Source: Octopus sinensis (Eukaryota). From it: a DNA stretch of 35,906 bases. Location of the stretch: assembly GCF_006345805.1 (NCBI RefSeq), contig NW_021826250.1:1-35906 (forward strand), written 5' to 3'. Shown here one piece after another: positions 20,223-33,715 of this stretch. Position numbers and translations under genes: made by a program. Numbering within the stretch: position 1 is the first letter of the stretch; every line of letters begins with the position of its first letter. Below the pieces are notes generated by a model, which was given only the letters and a program-made list of their open reading frames with translations, was not told where the DNA came from and did no database searches.

Positions 20223-20939
20223 GTCAAACAAAGAAGCGTTTATATGGTCGTGTAGCTTGTAAGAAATAGTAACTAAATTTCCTTCAAATCACACTTACAG
20301 TCGGAGAAAAGAAAGGTTAAATTCAGTAAAGATACATTACATGGAAAACAGACGGGGTGGCATGGCTGGAACGTCTTGGATATAGGTTTGTTGCTAAGAA
20401 AATATGGACCACAGCTATTGCTGCTACTACTGCTGCTGTTGCTCCTACTACTACTACTACTACTACTACACTACTACTACTACTACTACTACTATACTAC
20501 TACTACTACTACTACTATCTAAAATGAAGTTGAAACATTAAACAACTTAAAACGTAATAATATTCCGAAAATAAATTCATTAAAGAGAGAGGGGAAACGA
20601 AAGTAAGAGAGAAGCAAAATAGAAACGGCGAGAGAGTGGAGAGAGAGAGAGAGAAAGGGAAGAAAGAGCAACAGAAAGAGTGAGAGTACAAGAGTTGGAG
20701 GTAGAGAGTGGCCAAAAATGAAATAGATGCGATATACAAACACATCACAAAAATAACAACCATCCGCCATTACTACGAACACTAAAATCAACAACAACAA
20801 CAACAACAACAATAACACAAACGATGACAACAGCAACAGCAATAGCAATGGCAGCAGTAGTAATGATAACAGAGCACCCATTCCAACCTCGCCCACCACT
20901 CACAACAACAACAAAAACAATTAGCGATATACGGACACA

Positions 20940-20943
20940 CGCG

Positions 20944-20977
<34 letters not shown>

Positions 20978-21017
20978 ATGTATGTGTATACATGTGTATG
21001 TGTGTGAGTGTATGTAT

Positions 21018-21059
<42 letters not shown>

Positions 21060-21106
21060 ATGTATGTGTTACATGTGTATGTGTGTGAGTGTATGTATAT
21101 ATATAT

Positions 21107-21163
<57 letters not shown>

Positions 21164-21310
21164 TGTGTGTGAATGTATATATATTTTTATACATGTATGT
21201 ATATGTGTGTGTATGTGTGTGTGTATGTGTCAGCGTATGTGAATATATATTATACATATATATATATATATATATATTCACACACACACACCACAATATA
21301 TATATATATT

Positions 21311-21375
<65 letters not shown>

Positions 21376-22119
21376 GTGAGGGAGAGAGAGAAAAAGAGGG
21401 AGAGAGGGAAGGAAGGAGAGGTTAGTTGTTAGCCAATGGAAGTCTCATTAAAAATCTTCATCAGTGAACGTGTTAGAATTGAATGAAAGAGGAAAACAAA
21501 GTTTTATAGAAACACGGGCGGGAAAAGAGAGAGATGTCAGAATATAAAAAGACATCGCTGCACGACAATGTTTTTGTACGTATGCGTGCGTACAAGTGCC
21601 TATGTGTGAGTAAGTGTTGGTAGACCAGCTGATTGCTAATTAATTAGAAATTAGTAAGAGAGAAAAATTTGTTGCTCTTCTCCTTGTTATTGTTGTTGGT
21701 GTTGTTGTTGCAACTGTTGTTTTTTTTGTTGTTTGTTTGTTGTTTTTGTTGTTTGTTGTTGTTGTTGTTGTTGTTGTTGCGGGTATCGTTGCTATTGATA
21801 TTTTTTTTTTTATCCTTTTGATAAACTATGTTTGTTCATTTGTTTTGTGTTGGAGTTTGTTTCTGTTCTACGTGTTTTTTTTTACCAATTTTTGCTATGT
21901 TTAACACTGCACACTTTCACTCTCTTTCACTCGCCCCCCTCTCTCTCTCTCTCTCTATCTCTATCTCTCTCTCTCTTTGACTCACTCTCTCTCTCTCTCT
22001 CTCCTGTTATATGTTTCTGCTATGTGTAACCATACATAAATTCATGCATGCATACATACATAGACACATACATACATATATACACACATACATACATACA
22101 TACACGAAAGCAATCATAC

Positions 22120-22168
<49 letters not shown>

Positions 22169-22264
22169 TTTGTGTATGTATATGTATATGTTTAAATGTT
22201 TACTTATGTATATGCGCATAATTATGTGAATGTGTGTGTATAAAAAATACACACATACATACGT

Positions 22265-22321
<57 letters not shown>

Positions 22322-22374
22322 CACACACTCACATATATAATGTGTATGTTTGAATATATACATGTATGTAGATA

Positions 22375-22407
<33 letters not shown>

Positions 22408-22565
22408 AACATGTAATTATGTGACTCTATACATGTATGTATGTGTATGTATATATACATGTGTGTGTATGCGTGTGCATACCTGCATATATGTATGCGT
22501 GTATATGTATGTACCCAAGCATACATACACACATCTATGCATGTATGTAATGTATATATACGCAT
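20940..22565. repeat. Compound (TA)n/(TG)n/(CA)n/(CT)n/(GTT)n microsatellite region with short unique islands
   Basis: Directly visible dinucleotide and trinucleotide runs. Confidence 0.9.
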
Positions 22566-22859
22566 GAAAATAAACTAAACAATTTATAAATTGATGCGAC
22601 AGTTTTTGTTGTTATTTGTTTTATTTTGTTTATTGTTTATTATTTTCATCAAATCAATTTTTTTTAAACTTTTATTTTACTCCCTCAGAAACAGAAGGCG
22701 TTTCGTTTTGATCCTGGAGGAAAGAGGAGAAAGGATGGAGGGTGAAGGGTATGGGGAAGGTTTCGTGTGAAATCTCTTCACTACAGCCTCAACCACCACC
22801 TACACGGGCAGAGGCAGCACCACCACCACCTCCACGACAACAACAGTAACAAAAATAAC

Positions 22860-22996
22860 ATTACTACCACCAATACCATCACTATCATCATTATAATCAT
22901 CATCATTATTGACACGATAATAATCATCATCATCGTCGTCGTAGTTATCATCATCATCATCATCATCACTATAATCATCATCATTATTGACACTAT

Positions 22997-23030
<34 letters not shown>

Positions 23031-23225
23031 GTCGTCGTCGTCGTAGTTGTCAACATCATCATCATCCTCGTCGCGGTCGTCGTCGTCGTCGTCATCATTT
23101 TCATCATCATCATCATTAAAATCATCATCAACATCATCGTTGCCGTCGTCGTCATCATCATCATCATCCTCATTATCATCATCATTATAATCATCGTCGT
23201 CATCATCATCATCATCATCATCACC

Positions 23226-23310
<85 letters not shown>

Positions 23311-23464
23311 CCACCACAATCATTATCATCATCATCATTATCACCACCACCATCATCATCATCATCATCATCACCTTAATCATCATCAATATAACAAGAA
23401 TACCAACATCAACATCATCATATTCATCATCATCGCCATCATCATCATCAGCATCCTTACCCTG

Positions 23465-23502
<38 letters not shown>

Positions 23503-23947
23503 TACCTTCACCATTAGTGTCACCATTTTAATTATCGTCATCGACTTCATTGTTAGCATCATCAGCATTATCAGCATCATCATCCTCATCAACAACAACA
23601 ACAACAACAACTGCAACAACAATTTGCCTGATCATAAGCGGCCGAAATATAGCCCATTCAGCTAATCAACCACGTGACTTACTAACTAACTAACAGAAGA
23701 TTAAAGACGAAGAAGAAAAACATTGTTTTATTGATTGTTTGTTAGTTTATTGAGGTGTTGTTTTGTTTTCTTGGTTTTTCTCTGTGTTTTTTCCTACTCT
23801 GTCTTTTTTCCTACTCTTCCTCTTTCCTTGTTAATAAATAATTATCAATACGCTTCGTACACGGTAAACTCCTGCTTCCTCGCTACAAGATCCCACTGCC
23901 ATCTGCGCAACAAGAATGCTATCAACACCGTCACCACCGCCGCCACC

Positions 23948-23979
<32 letters not shown>

Positions 23980-23986
23980 CAACAGC

Positions 23987-24029
<43 letters not shown>

Positions 24030-24276
24030 GCAAAAACAGCAACAACAACATTGGCAATAGTAACAACAGCGCAAGCTGCGGCACCGCTACCATCACTACC
24101 ACCACCTGCTTCACCATTATCCTCATCAACTTCATCATCGTCGTCATCATCATCATCATCATCATCATCGTCATCATCATCCTCATCATCGTCGTCATCA
24201 TCATCATAATAATCATCATCATCGTCATCATTATATCATCGTTATCATAATCATCATCATTGCCATCATCATCAAT

Positions 24277-24308
<32 letters not shown>

Positions 24309-24397
24309 TATCATCGTCGTCATCATCATCATCCTCATCATCATCATCCTCATCATCATCATCATTGTCATCCTCATCCTCATCATCATCATCATTG

Positions 24398-24431
<34 letters not shown>

Positions 24432-25130
24432 CATCATCATCATCATCATTATATCATCATCATCATCATCATCATCATTATCATCGTCATCTTCATCATC
24501 ATTATTATCATCATTGTCATCATCGTCATCATCGTCATGATCATCATTATTATCGTCGTTATTATTATCCACGCTTCAAGCAACGACACCCAACATCAAT
24601 ACCAACATCCGCAACAACAAAAAAGAAAACACAATGACAAAAGCAACGTCATCACCACCCACCATCATTATCATCATCATCACAACTACCACCATCACCG
24701 TCGTCGTCGTCATCAACATCATCATTATCGTCTTCATCAGCATTTTCATCACCATCAACCAACAACGCAAACAACAATAGCATCAGCATCATTATAATCG
24801 GCAACAGCAGCATGAGAAGAAGAAGAAGAAGAAGAAGAAGAAGAAGAAGAAGAAGAAGAAGAACAACAACAACAACAACACAACAACAATGGGAGGATGA
24901 AGAAGACGAGAAGGAGAAAAAAAGAAAAAATGGAGGAGGAGGCGGAGGCGAGCAGGAAAGGAGAAGAACAACAACAACAATGGGAGGATGAGAAAGAAGA
25001 GGAGAAAAAGAAGAAAAGGAAGAAGGAGGAGGAGGAGAACAGGGAAGAAGAAGAAGAACAACAACAACAACAACAATGGGAGGGGAAGCAGAGGAGGAGG
25101 TAGTGGTGGAGGAGGAGGAGGAGGAGGGTT
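22860..25130. repeat. Very long (CAT)n-dominated compound microsatellite with (AAC)n, (AAG)n and (GGA)n blocks
   Basis: About 2.2 kb of triplet repeats interrupted by one unique island at about 23620-23930. Confidence 0.95.
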
Positions 25131-25461
25131 TCACATTTTGTCGATTCTGGATGGATAAAAGGTCAAGTAGCTCTTGGCCGAATTTGAAACCCAGAAGGTA
25201 AATGTGCCGGAAGAAATACTGCTAAGCATTTTGTTCGACATGCTTCCAAATGTATTCAGGACGCAGCCGTCATGACCATAATAATCTTTTCTACTCTAGG
25301 CGCAAAGCCTGAAATTTTTGGGAAGGATTCTTGTCGACATTGGAGAAATTTCATCACAGATCGTAGAGACAGACGAAATGCTGCTATTTAATCCGGTGTG
25401 CTAATGATTCTGCAATAATAATGGTAATTTGAAATCAGAAGGGAAAGACGGACGAAATACC

Positions 25462-25632
25462 TATTTCTTTACTATCCACAAAGGGGACAAACAAGGACAG
25501 ACAAACGGATTAAGTCGATTACACCGACCCCAGTGCGTAACTGGTACTTATTTAATCGACCCCGAAAGGATGTAAGGCAAAAGTCGACCTCGGCGGAATT
25601 TGAACTCAGAACGTAACGGCAGACGAAATACC
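25462..25632 (-). mobile_element. Long-tail major SINE inserted at the GGTATTTCGTC site of an older copy
   Basis: GACGAAATACC at 25451-25461 and 25622-25632; a diverged host copy continues on both sides; further decayed SINE pieces at 25140-25420. Confidence 0.85.
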
Positions 25633-25921
25633 ACCAAGTATTTCGACCGGTGTGCAAAAAATTTTGCCATTTAACAAAAACAACAACAACAACAGCATCA
25701 ATAAAAACCGAATACGTCACGATTAACCAGGTAGAAACAGCGCTTCACGATACGGAGCAATTTTCACTCTGAGCTCTCAAAAATTGTCGTTCGTTGTTTG
25801 TAAATAGCGTGCATTTTGCAACTACATCGGAAAGCTGTATTTCAAGTGGAGGAGTCCAGGTTCGAACTGGAGTACCTGCATGCACAGAAAGATTTTTTTT
25901 TGTTGTTTTTTGTTTTTGAAC

Positions 25922-26196
25922 TGAGACCCCCTTCGGTCATGACTGACCATGAAAGTTACCTAGAAAGCACCTAGAAAGTTACCCTCCCAGGCACAAGTCC
26001 GGGCAAGGTTGTTTATGGAAGACCAGCAGTCGCATATGCATACCGCCTCCCCTCTCCAGGCCACCAGCTAAGTGAACTGGAGCAAGTGAAATAAAGTGTC
26101 TTGCTCAAGAACATAACATGCAGCCCGGTCCGGGATTCGAACTCACAAACTCACGATCGTAAGCTCAACACTCTAACCACTGAGCCAAGCGCCTTC
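25922..26196 (-). mobile_element. tRNA-derived SINE (head type A, tail Y)
   Basis: Minus strand GAAGGCGCTTGGCTCAGTGGTTAGAG..GAGTTCGAATCCC; tail AGAAAGTTACCCTC..GTCCGGGCAAG..TGGAAGACCAG shared with 26865-27140. Confidence 0.85.
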
Positions 26197-26285
26197 ACAT
26201 TGACCAATACACATACATATATGAATAACTGAAATCAAATTTCGAGCGTTTTTTTTTTGTTTTTCTTTTTTTTTAATAATTTGCA

Positions 26286-26417
26286 GTCGCGGGAGTGGCT
26301 TTGTGGTAAGTAGCTTGCTTAACAACCACATGGTTCCAGGTTCATTCCCACTGCATGGCACCTTAGGCAAGTGTCTTGTGAGTGGATTTAGTAGATGGAA
26401 ACTGAAAGAAGCCCGTC

Positions 26418-26491
<74 letters not shown>

Positions 26492-26712
26492 GTGTGTATA
26501 TGTTTGTGTGTCTGTGTGTCCTCCCAACATCGCCTGACAACCGATGCTGGTGTGTTTACGTCCCCTTAACATAGCGGTTCGGCAAAAGAGACCGATAGAA
26601 TAAGTACTAGGCTTACAAAGAATAAGTCCTGGGGTCGATTTGTGCGGCTAAAGGCGATGCTCCAGCATGGCCGCAGTCAAATGACTGAAACAAGTAAAGG
26701 AGTAAAGAGTAT
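26286..26712 (+). mobile_element. CORE-like tRNA SINE with internal (TA)n(TG)n
   Basis: Same head, CORE-like block, GAAAGAAGCCCGTCG-(TA)n junction and tail as 18995-19462. Confidence 0.88.
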
Positions 26713-26864
26713 TATTGCTTACGTTCGTGTGAGCATTACTGCAATGAGCATAACTTCCTGATATTCATTTCCGAGGCGATTATATGTTTGTTTATCAAAA
26801 TTTATAAACAGTTTCAAAAATTAATGGCTGGTAGGGACATCGTATTTCGTTATACAAACATAGT

Positions 26865-27140
26865 AAAGACCTTCTTCAGTCATGAACGCCCATTGGATTA
26901 CACCAAGAAAGTTACCCTCGAAGGCACTGGTCCGGGCAAGATTGTTTTGTGGAAGACCAGTAGTCACCCATGCGTACCATTCACTCCTCTTCACGTCACT
27001 GATGTTATCCAAGGGAAAGGCAAAGGCCGATACAGCTTCGCACCAGTAATGCCACAACTCATTTCTACAGCTATTGCAACGGGAAATGAGGTGTCTTGCT
27101 CAAGAACACAACACACAGCGCGGTACGGGAATCGAACTTT
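26865..27140 (-). mobile_element. 5'-truncated tRNA SINE (head type A, tail Y)
   Basis: GTGTCTTGCTCAAGAACACAAC..GGGAATCGAAC plus a tail homologous to 25922-26060. Confidence 0.8.
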
Positions 27141-27959
27141 GTAAACAGGTTTGTTTATTTAGGTGTGTCATCTTCAGGTCATAAGATTGTTTTATAGTGC
27201 TTCACAAAAAGGATGTAGGTAGGTAGAGAGAGTTTCTTTGGTCACTTCATTTTCGGTTTTATTGGATTTTAATCCTGTGACAATGTAAAGGTGAAAGTTC
27301 AAAGTTTATTTCAGTATTTAACAACTTAGTAATTGTGTGTGTCAGCTTTCTTGTGAAGAAATTTTTAAGAGTTTACAAAAGAATGCCAGTAGGTGGCATA
27401 CTTTAGCTGGTCAATAAGTTTCTTTACTTGTTACAATTGTTGTTTAGGGTATTTCCTGTTTGCTTGTATTTGAAAGGTGGAGGGTTATTTGTCGTACATG
27501 TATGCATACATACATATATACACATATAAAATTGCATGCATACATACATGTGTGTATGTGTGGATATATGAAGATATGTACGTGTATACGCACGTATTTA
27601 CGCGTGTACATTTTTATGTATACATGTATGCATATATGTATTTGAGTGTGTGTGTGTGTTCATATATAGTGCAAGAGAGTGAGAAAGTGGAGATAGTGTT
27701 GATATATATTCACCTGTGGATACAATTGTTAATCTATGCATGTTTCTGCTCAAATGTGTGTGTATGTACGTGTAGAATTGTGCGAATGTCCACCTATCTA
27801 TGTGTCAATGACTAAAGCGACTGTGTCTGCGTGTGTATATGTGTTTCTGTGTGTCTGTGTGTGTGAGAGTGTGTGCGTTTGGATTAAATGGAGACAATCC
27901 AGACCAGTAAACAAATGCTACGTTTAACTACTCCTACCTCTTCTAAACACTTACATATA

Positions 27960-28120
27960 CACTAATCCCTCGCCATATCGCGGTTCGCCTATCGCGGTTT
28001 ATCATTTAAGCTGACGCCGATTCCCGCGTGGCGTTGTTTTGCGTTTATAATAAAATGAATATATACAAATTATAAAAATAAGAAAAATATATACAGTAAA
28101 GTACTGTTTCTACTTCGCAC
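27960..28120 (+). mobile_element. Tc1/mariner-pogo (Tigger-like) MITE left end
   Basis: TA|CACTAATCCCTCGCCATATCGCGGTTC resembles a CAGTAATCCCTCG-type TIR after a TA site; repeated ATCGCGGTT; right TIR absent. Confidence 0.5.
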
Positions 28121-28299
28121 AAATGCAGAAAAATGCAAGGAGATACAAATATGCAAACAAGCAGGTACTCACATATATGCATATACAGAAATGCGCATAC
28201 ACAGAGGTACACAAAGGAGTACATATTGCAGGCATATACAATTATATAAAGAGGTAGGAACACACAAATACACAAGCAGGAAGTCAGACACAGATATAT

Positions 28300-28347
<48 letters not shown>

Positions 28348-28745
28348 GTACAAGTTCTCACACTTACACACACTAAGGCAGATATAAGCCTACATATAAT
28401 CACACTCATATAGATACATACAGGCATAGGCGCACATACACACACACAGGCGCGCACACACACATACACACACACATGAAGAGAGAGAGAGAGAGGTACA
28501 CACACGCGCACACACATACATATACGTACATGCACTCTCAGAGGGAGAGGGAGAGAGAAAACGAGAGAGATAAAGAGACACACACATGCACTCTCAGAGG
28601 GAGAGAGATAGAAAGAGAGAGATACATACACACATACGCACAGAGAGAGAGAGAGGCACATACACACATACACACACATGCACTCACAGACAGAGAGGGA
28701 GAGAGGTATATACACATGCGCACACATACAGAAGGACAGAGGGCT

Positions 28746-28797
<52 letters not shown>

Positions 28798-29634
28798 ACA
28801 CACACATACGCACTGAGAGAGAGCGAAAGAGAGAGTCACACACACACACACACTTCATTAGCAATCAATATTTAGACAACAAACAGAAATATTTCAATGC
28901 CGATGTTTGAGGTGTAAGGAATGCAATGGAAGCGTTGACGGTGGTATGTCACTCAGCCGTGTTTTATTGGAGCATTGTATCCGTACAAGGTGGAGTCGCA
29001 ATGGTTTAAGGGCAGCCACGATTTCTCAATGGCGTTTTCCATTTTGTGTGACGGTTTTCAGTGCGGAGAAGGAAAAATATTGAAAAAATGTGTCAAACCA
29101 ATATTTTTTCTTTGGTTTCTTTTTGAGGAAGTGGGTGAGTGGGGGAGAGCGTAAGGGTTTTATTTTATTTAATTTTGTTTATTTTGATTTTTTTTCTTTC
29201 GTTTATTTTGTTTTGTTTGTGTTATTTTTGTTTCGATGGGAGGAAGTCATATTTTTCTAGTGTTTTTTTTTTTCTCTTTTTACGTTTTTCTATTTGTCGA
29301 ATACATTTCGTGTTTTAAATCTTAATGAACTTTAATTAAGTTGGTTTATTAGGGAAATTTTATATAAAGGAAAACAACAAAATAAAAAAAAAGAAAGATT
29401 TTTTTCAAAAATATTTGATAGAAAAAAATTTAAATTAATATTTTCTTTGATTAATAAATTCTTTAGGCATATATGTACATGTGTGTGTATGCGTGTGTGT
29501 ATGTATGTATGTATATATATTATATATATATAATTATACATATATATATATATACATACATATATATATACATATATATATATATAAATGTATATATACA
29601 TACATATGCATATATATATATAATATATATGTTT

Positions 29635-29680
<46 letters not shown>

Positions 29681-29994
29681 ATACATAATAAACAAACACC
29701 ACATATATATATATGTGTGTGTATATATTTCATTCTCACTCATTAAGAAAAGGAGACTCGTTTATTGTTTACCACAATTTTCCTCTCAGCTATTTGTTGT
29801 TTCTATTTTTGTTGTTTGTTTTCTTATTATTCTGTTTACCAAATGATTTCCCTCGATTCTCTTTTCCTTTCTCTTACCTTTGTTATCTCTTATTTCATTT
29901 TTTTTTTTTTGTTAATGTTATTTTCGCTTCGGATATGAAGAGGTGTAATCAGAAAGTCATAAACCATGGCCGTTTATAGTTTATGCTTACAGTT

Positions 29995-30170
29995 TAAGCG
30001 TGGCTGTGTGGTAAGAAGCTTGCTTCCCAACTACATGGTTCCGGGGTTCAGTCCCACAGCGTGGTACCTTATAAAGTGTCTTCTGCTATAGCTTCGAGCT
30101 AATCAAAACTTTATGAGTGGATAGTAGACGGAAGCTGAAAAAAACACATCGTGTGTGTGCGTGTGTGTTT
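29995..30170 (+). mobile_element. CORE-like SINE 5' half
   Basis: GTGGCTGTGTGGTAAGAAGCTTGCTTCCCAAC..GGGTTCAGTCCCAC.GCGTGGTACCTT..AAGTGTCTTCT. Confidence 0.8.
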
Positions 30171-30324
30171 AAGCAATGTTATCGATAATGGCACGAAATT
30201 GTGCTCGAACCCTTGGCCGATAACTAATGGGGAGTTGGTGACCTCTATTTGTTCCCCGTTCGTCTGTGCATTTAGTACATGATTTTCAACTTGACCTGTA
30301 TGTTCTCCCGCATGTATATATACA

Positions 30325-30354
<30 letters not shown>

Positions 30355-30355
<1 letters not shown>

Positions 30356-30775
30356 GTATGCTATAAAGAGCAGCTAAATTCCCTTTCAAACCACATATTG
30401 CTCTCTCCTACCATCTTTTTAAAAATGAACAAACAATACATTGTAGATAATATAATCCTTGAAACCTTACAAAAAAAAAAAAAAAACAGGACGGACATGG
30501 CTGGAATGCGTTTCATCTTGAATGTCCTCTACATGGATTCATCTAGATCTAAACGGTACTAACTTAATTGATTCATAGCCAATTACTGAAGAATATTTCT
30601 CCAAACTTTGTAGAAATAGTAGCCAAATCATACTGAACTCGAGCGCCATTGTCTGAATAGCAAAGTAGACATTAGACAAAGCAGTTTCAAATATACTTTG
30701 GCTGAAACGGGATGACCACGGTTTGGACGCCTTTGATCATAGATCTCCCAATCAGAGTTTGGCATAGGTTCAAAC
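30355..30775 (+). mobile_element. Two decayed copies of the (AAC)n-tailed repeat family
   Basis: GCTATAAAGAGCAGCTAAAT..ACATGGCTGGAATGC and TAGAAATAGTAGCCAAA..GGGATGACCACGG..GCCTTTGATCATAG. Confidence 0.6.
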
Positions 30776-31337
30776 AAAGGGTCCAAACATAAGCCCTAAC
30801 ATGTTGCAAACCTAGAGTCCAAATACATGTTCCAAACATAGTGTTCAAACATAAGCCCTAAAATGTTTCAAACAAGAACAGTAAGCGCGTATAACAGAGG
30901 ATCGTGGATAACGGAGAATCTAAGTAACCACGCATTCTGCTAGAAATAGTTGCCGGATTTCTCTGAAATAATGCCTTACCAACTTCAAAACGATGCATTG
31001 CTTAAATTCACTATAATTACATACATCCTGTAGTCATCCGAATAGACGGCGTAAGTTTGATATTTACGGGGGAAAAAAGATTAAAAAAAACACAACGTAT
31101 AAAAATAACAACATGATTGGGAAACCAAATTAATCAAGCGATGAGAAAATGAAATGAATGTAATTGTACGTTTCGGGTGGTGGTTGTTTGTCAGGAAAAG
31201 ACAAGTGGGCGAATGAAGCGAAAAAAAGAAAAGAATTTTTTAATTTAAATCAATGTTGATTTCAGTTTGGGTGCAAGGTGAAGAGAAATCAGTGAGTGAA
31301 AATGAGTAGAACACCAACCAATATTGCTCGACACTAA

Positions 31338-31960
31338 GGCAGCGAGCTGGCAGAAACGTTAGTGCACCGGACGAAATGCTTGCGGTATTTCGTCTGTCTT
31401 TACGTTCTGAGTTCAAATTCAACCGAGGTCGACTTTGCCTTTCATCCTTTCGGGGTTGATAAATTAAGTACCAGTTATGCACTGGGGTCGATATAATCCA
31501 CTTAATCCCATGTCTGTCCCCTCTATGTATAGCCCCGTGTGGGCAATAAAGAAATAATGTTTAAAGAAAGGTGGTGAGTTGGCAGAAATGTTAGCACGCC
31601 GAGCGAAATGCGTAGCCGTATTTCGTCTGCCGTTACGTTGTGAGTTCAAATTCCGCCGAGGTCGACTTTGCCTTTCATCCTTTCGGGATCGATAAATTAA
31701 GTACCAGTTACGCACTGGGGTCGATCTAATCGACCTATGTCTGTCCTTGTTTGTCTCCTCTATGTTTAGCTCCTTGTGGGTAATAATAAAGAAATAGGTA
31801 TTTCATCTATCTTTACTTCTGAGTTCAAGTTCCGCCGAGGTCGACTTTGCCTTTCATCCTTTCGAGGTCGATTAAATAAGTACCAGTTACGCTCTGAGGT
31901 CGATCTAATCGACTGACCCCTTCCCCAAAAATTTTGAGCCTTGTGCCTAGAGTAGGAAAG
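31338..31960 (+). mobile_element. Three-unit major-SINE cluster inside one 18-bp TSD
   Basis: AATATTGCTCGACACTAA at 31320-31337 and 31961-31978. Units at about 31338-31557, 31568-31796 and 31797-31960; the last starts at GGTATTTC and has the short tail. Confidence 0.9.
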
Positions 31961-32809
31961 AATATTGCTCGACACTAATGCTCAGAGAAAGAAAGAGAAA
32001 GAGAGAGACTGACAGAAAGGACTGAAACTTCAATGATCTCTAGCTGACAGCTGATTAAAGGAATGTCCTGAAGTGCAAGCTATTCGGATAATACATAATA
32101 TTAAGATTATAAAACAGTTAGTCTGAGATTAGAGATATATCCAATCCGGCCTGACCTGGGGCTAAGCATCAGCAAATGACGATAACAAGAACATCGACAA
32201 CGGTGAAAAGCCAACGAGGAAACCTCCGCGTGATAGTTCAAACCACAAGACATAGCAGCCAAATCACCCTAAGTTACATCCCATCGTCTTGAAAATGAGA
32301 AAGATAGGATGAGTGATGTAGTTTTAGTCCTATGTCACACTCACCTCACTAGAAAATGAAAGAGTGGTCACGGCCGGCTGTGATATCATTGGCTGAAGAT
32401 CTGCTCGATCAGAGCACATCTTGAATTAATAAAAACAATAGCAAGAACAACATCAGCGACACTGACGACAACGACGACCACGATGACGATGACTCCGTCA
32501 GCGATGGTAGCGGCGATAGTGACGGTGGCACAGTGGTGGTGACAGAAGTGAAGGCAGCGGAGAACTCACTGGTGAAGGTGGTGGAGGAGGCGGTAGCAGT
32601 AGCGGTGACGGAAGCGACAACGGTGATAGCGGTGATTCTGGCAACGGTGGTAAGCAGGACCGATAACAAGTGAAACATCAACAAAACATCGTCAAATCGT
32701 GGCCCACCTTCCCACCCCTTCCACCTCAGACACAGACACACACACACATATAAACACACACATACATACATATACACAAACACACATGCATACATACGCA
32801 CACATACAA

Positions 32810-32858
<49 letters not shown>

Positions 32859-33324
32859 ACACACACTCCGTCCAAAAGTAAACATCATCGACAATTTTCG
32901 TCACTTGAAATCAACTCGCCATGTCTTTCCGTTATTTTCTTTTTGCCACACTCTTTACCCGTCCACTGACCCGGTCGGTCCCTGCCCTTCTTCCCACCGC
33001 CCTTTCTCCCCAGATTCAGCCACCCACCTCACGCCACCCTACCCTATACCCATCAGACCGACCCACTAAACATACCACTACTATCAGCACTACAATGCTG
33101 TCTTTTTGGGTTTTTTTTTCCTTTCCCTCGCCCCTCCACATTGTTTGTCTTCCATGTTTATCTTATATCTCCCAACAACCACCTTCACAATACAAACAAT
33201 AACACTTGCCAGCTATAGACTCCAATTCGTTGCCGAAACGTTGTCCAGCAAAACTTTCTGTTTACATGTCTCCCTATCCATCCACACCTATAACACTCAA
33301 GGCTATAACTTCCCAACTCAAGCA

Positions 33325-33327
33325 ACC

Positions 33328-33361
<34 letters not shown>

Positions 33362-33636
33362 ATGTGTGTGTGTGTGTCTGTGCGTGCATATTCATGTATG
33401 CATTGTGTGTGCATATGTTTATATATGTCTGTGTGTATAGGTGTGTGTGTATATTAAAATGTGGTGTAAGTGTAATTTTGTGTATGTAAATATGTATTTG
33501 TACATGCATACATAAATACAAACGTGTTGTGTGTGTGGTGTGTGTGTGTGTGTGTGTGTCTGTGTGTATACAGCAAAATAAATGAATGGATGTTGTTATA
33601 TGTGTATATGTATGTGTGAATATGGGTATAGAGATT

Positions 33637-33715
<79 letters not shown>

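Noticed and set aside
22767-25134. Long poly-Ile/Met/Ser/His/Asp ORFs
   Set aside because: Pure (CAT)n, (AAC)n and (AAG)n translation artefacts.
26788-27144. 118-aa ORF with ordinary composition
   Set aside because: Lies almost entirely on the antisense strand of a SINE copy (26865-27140).
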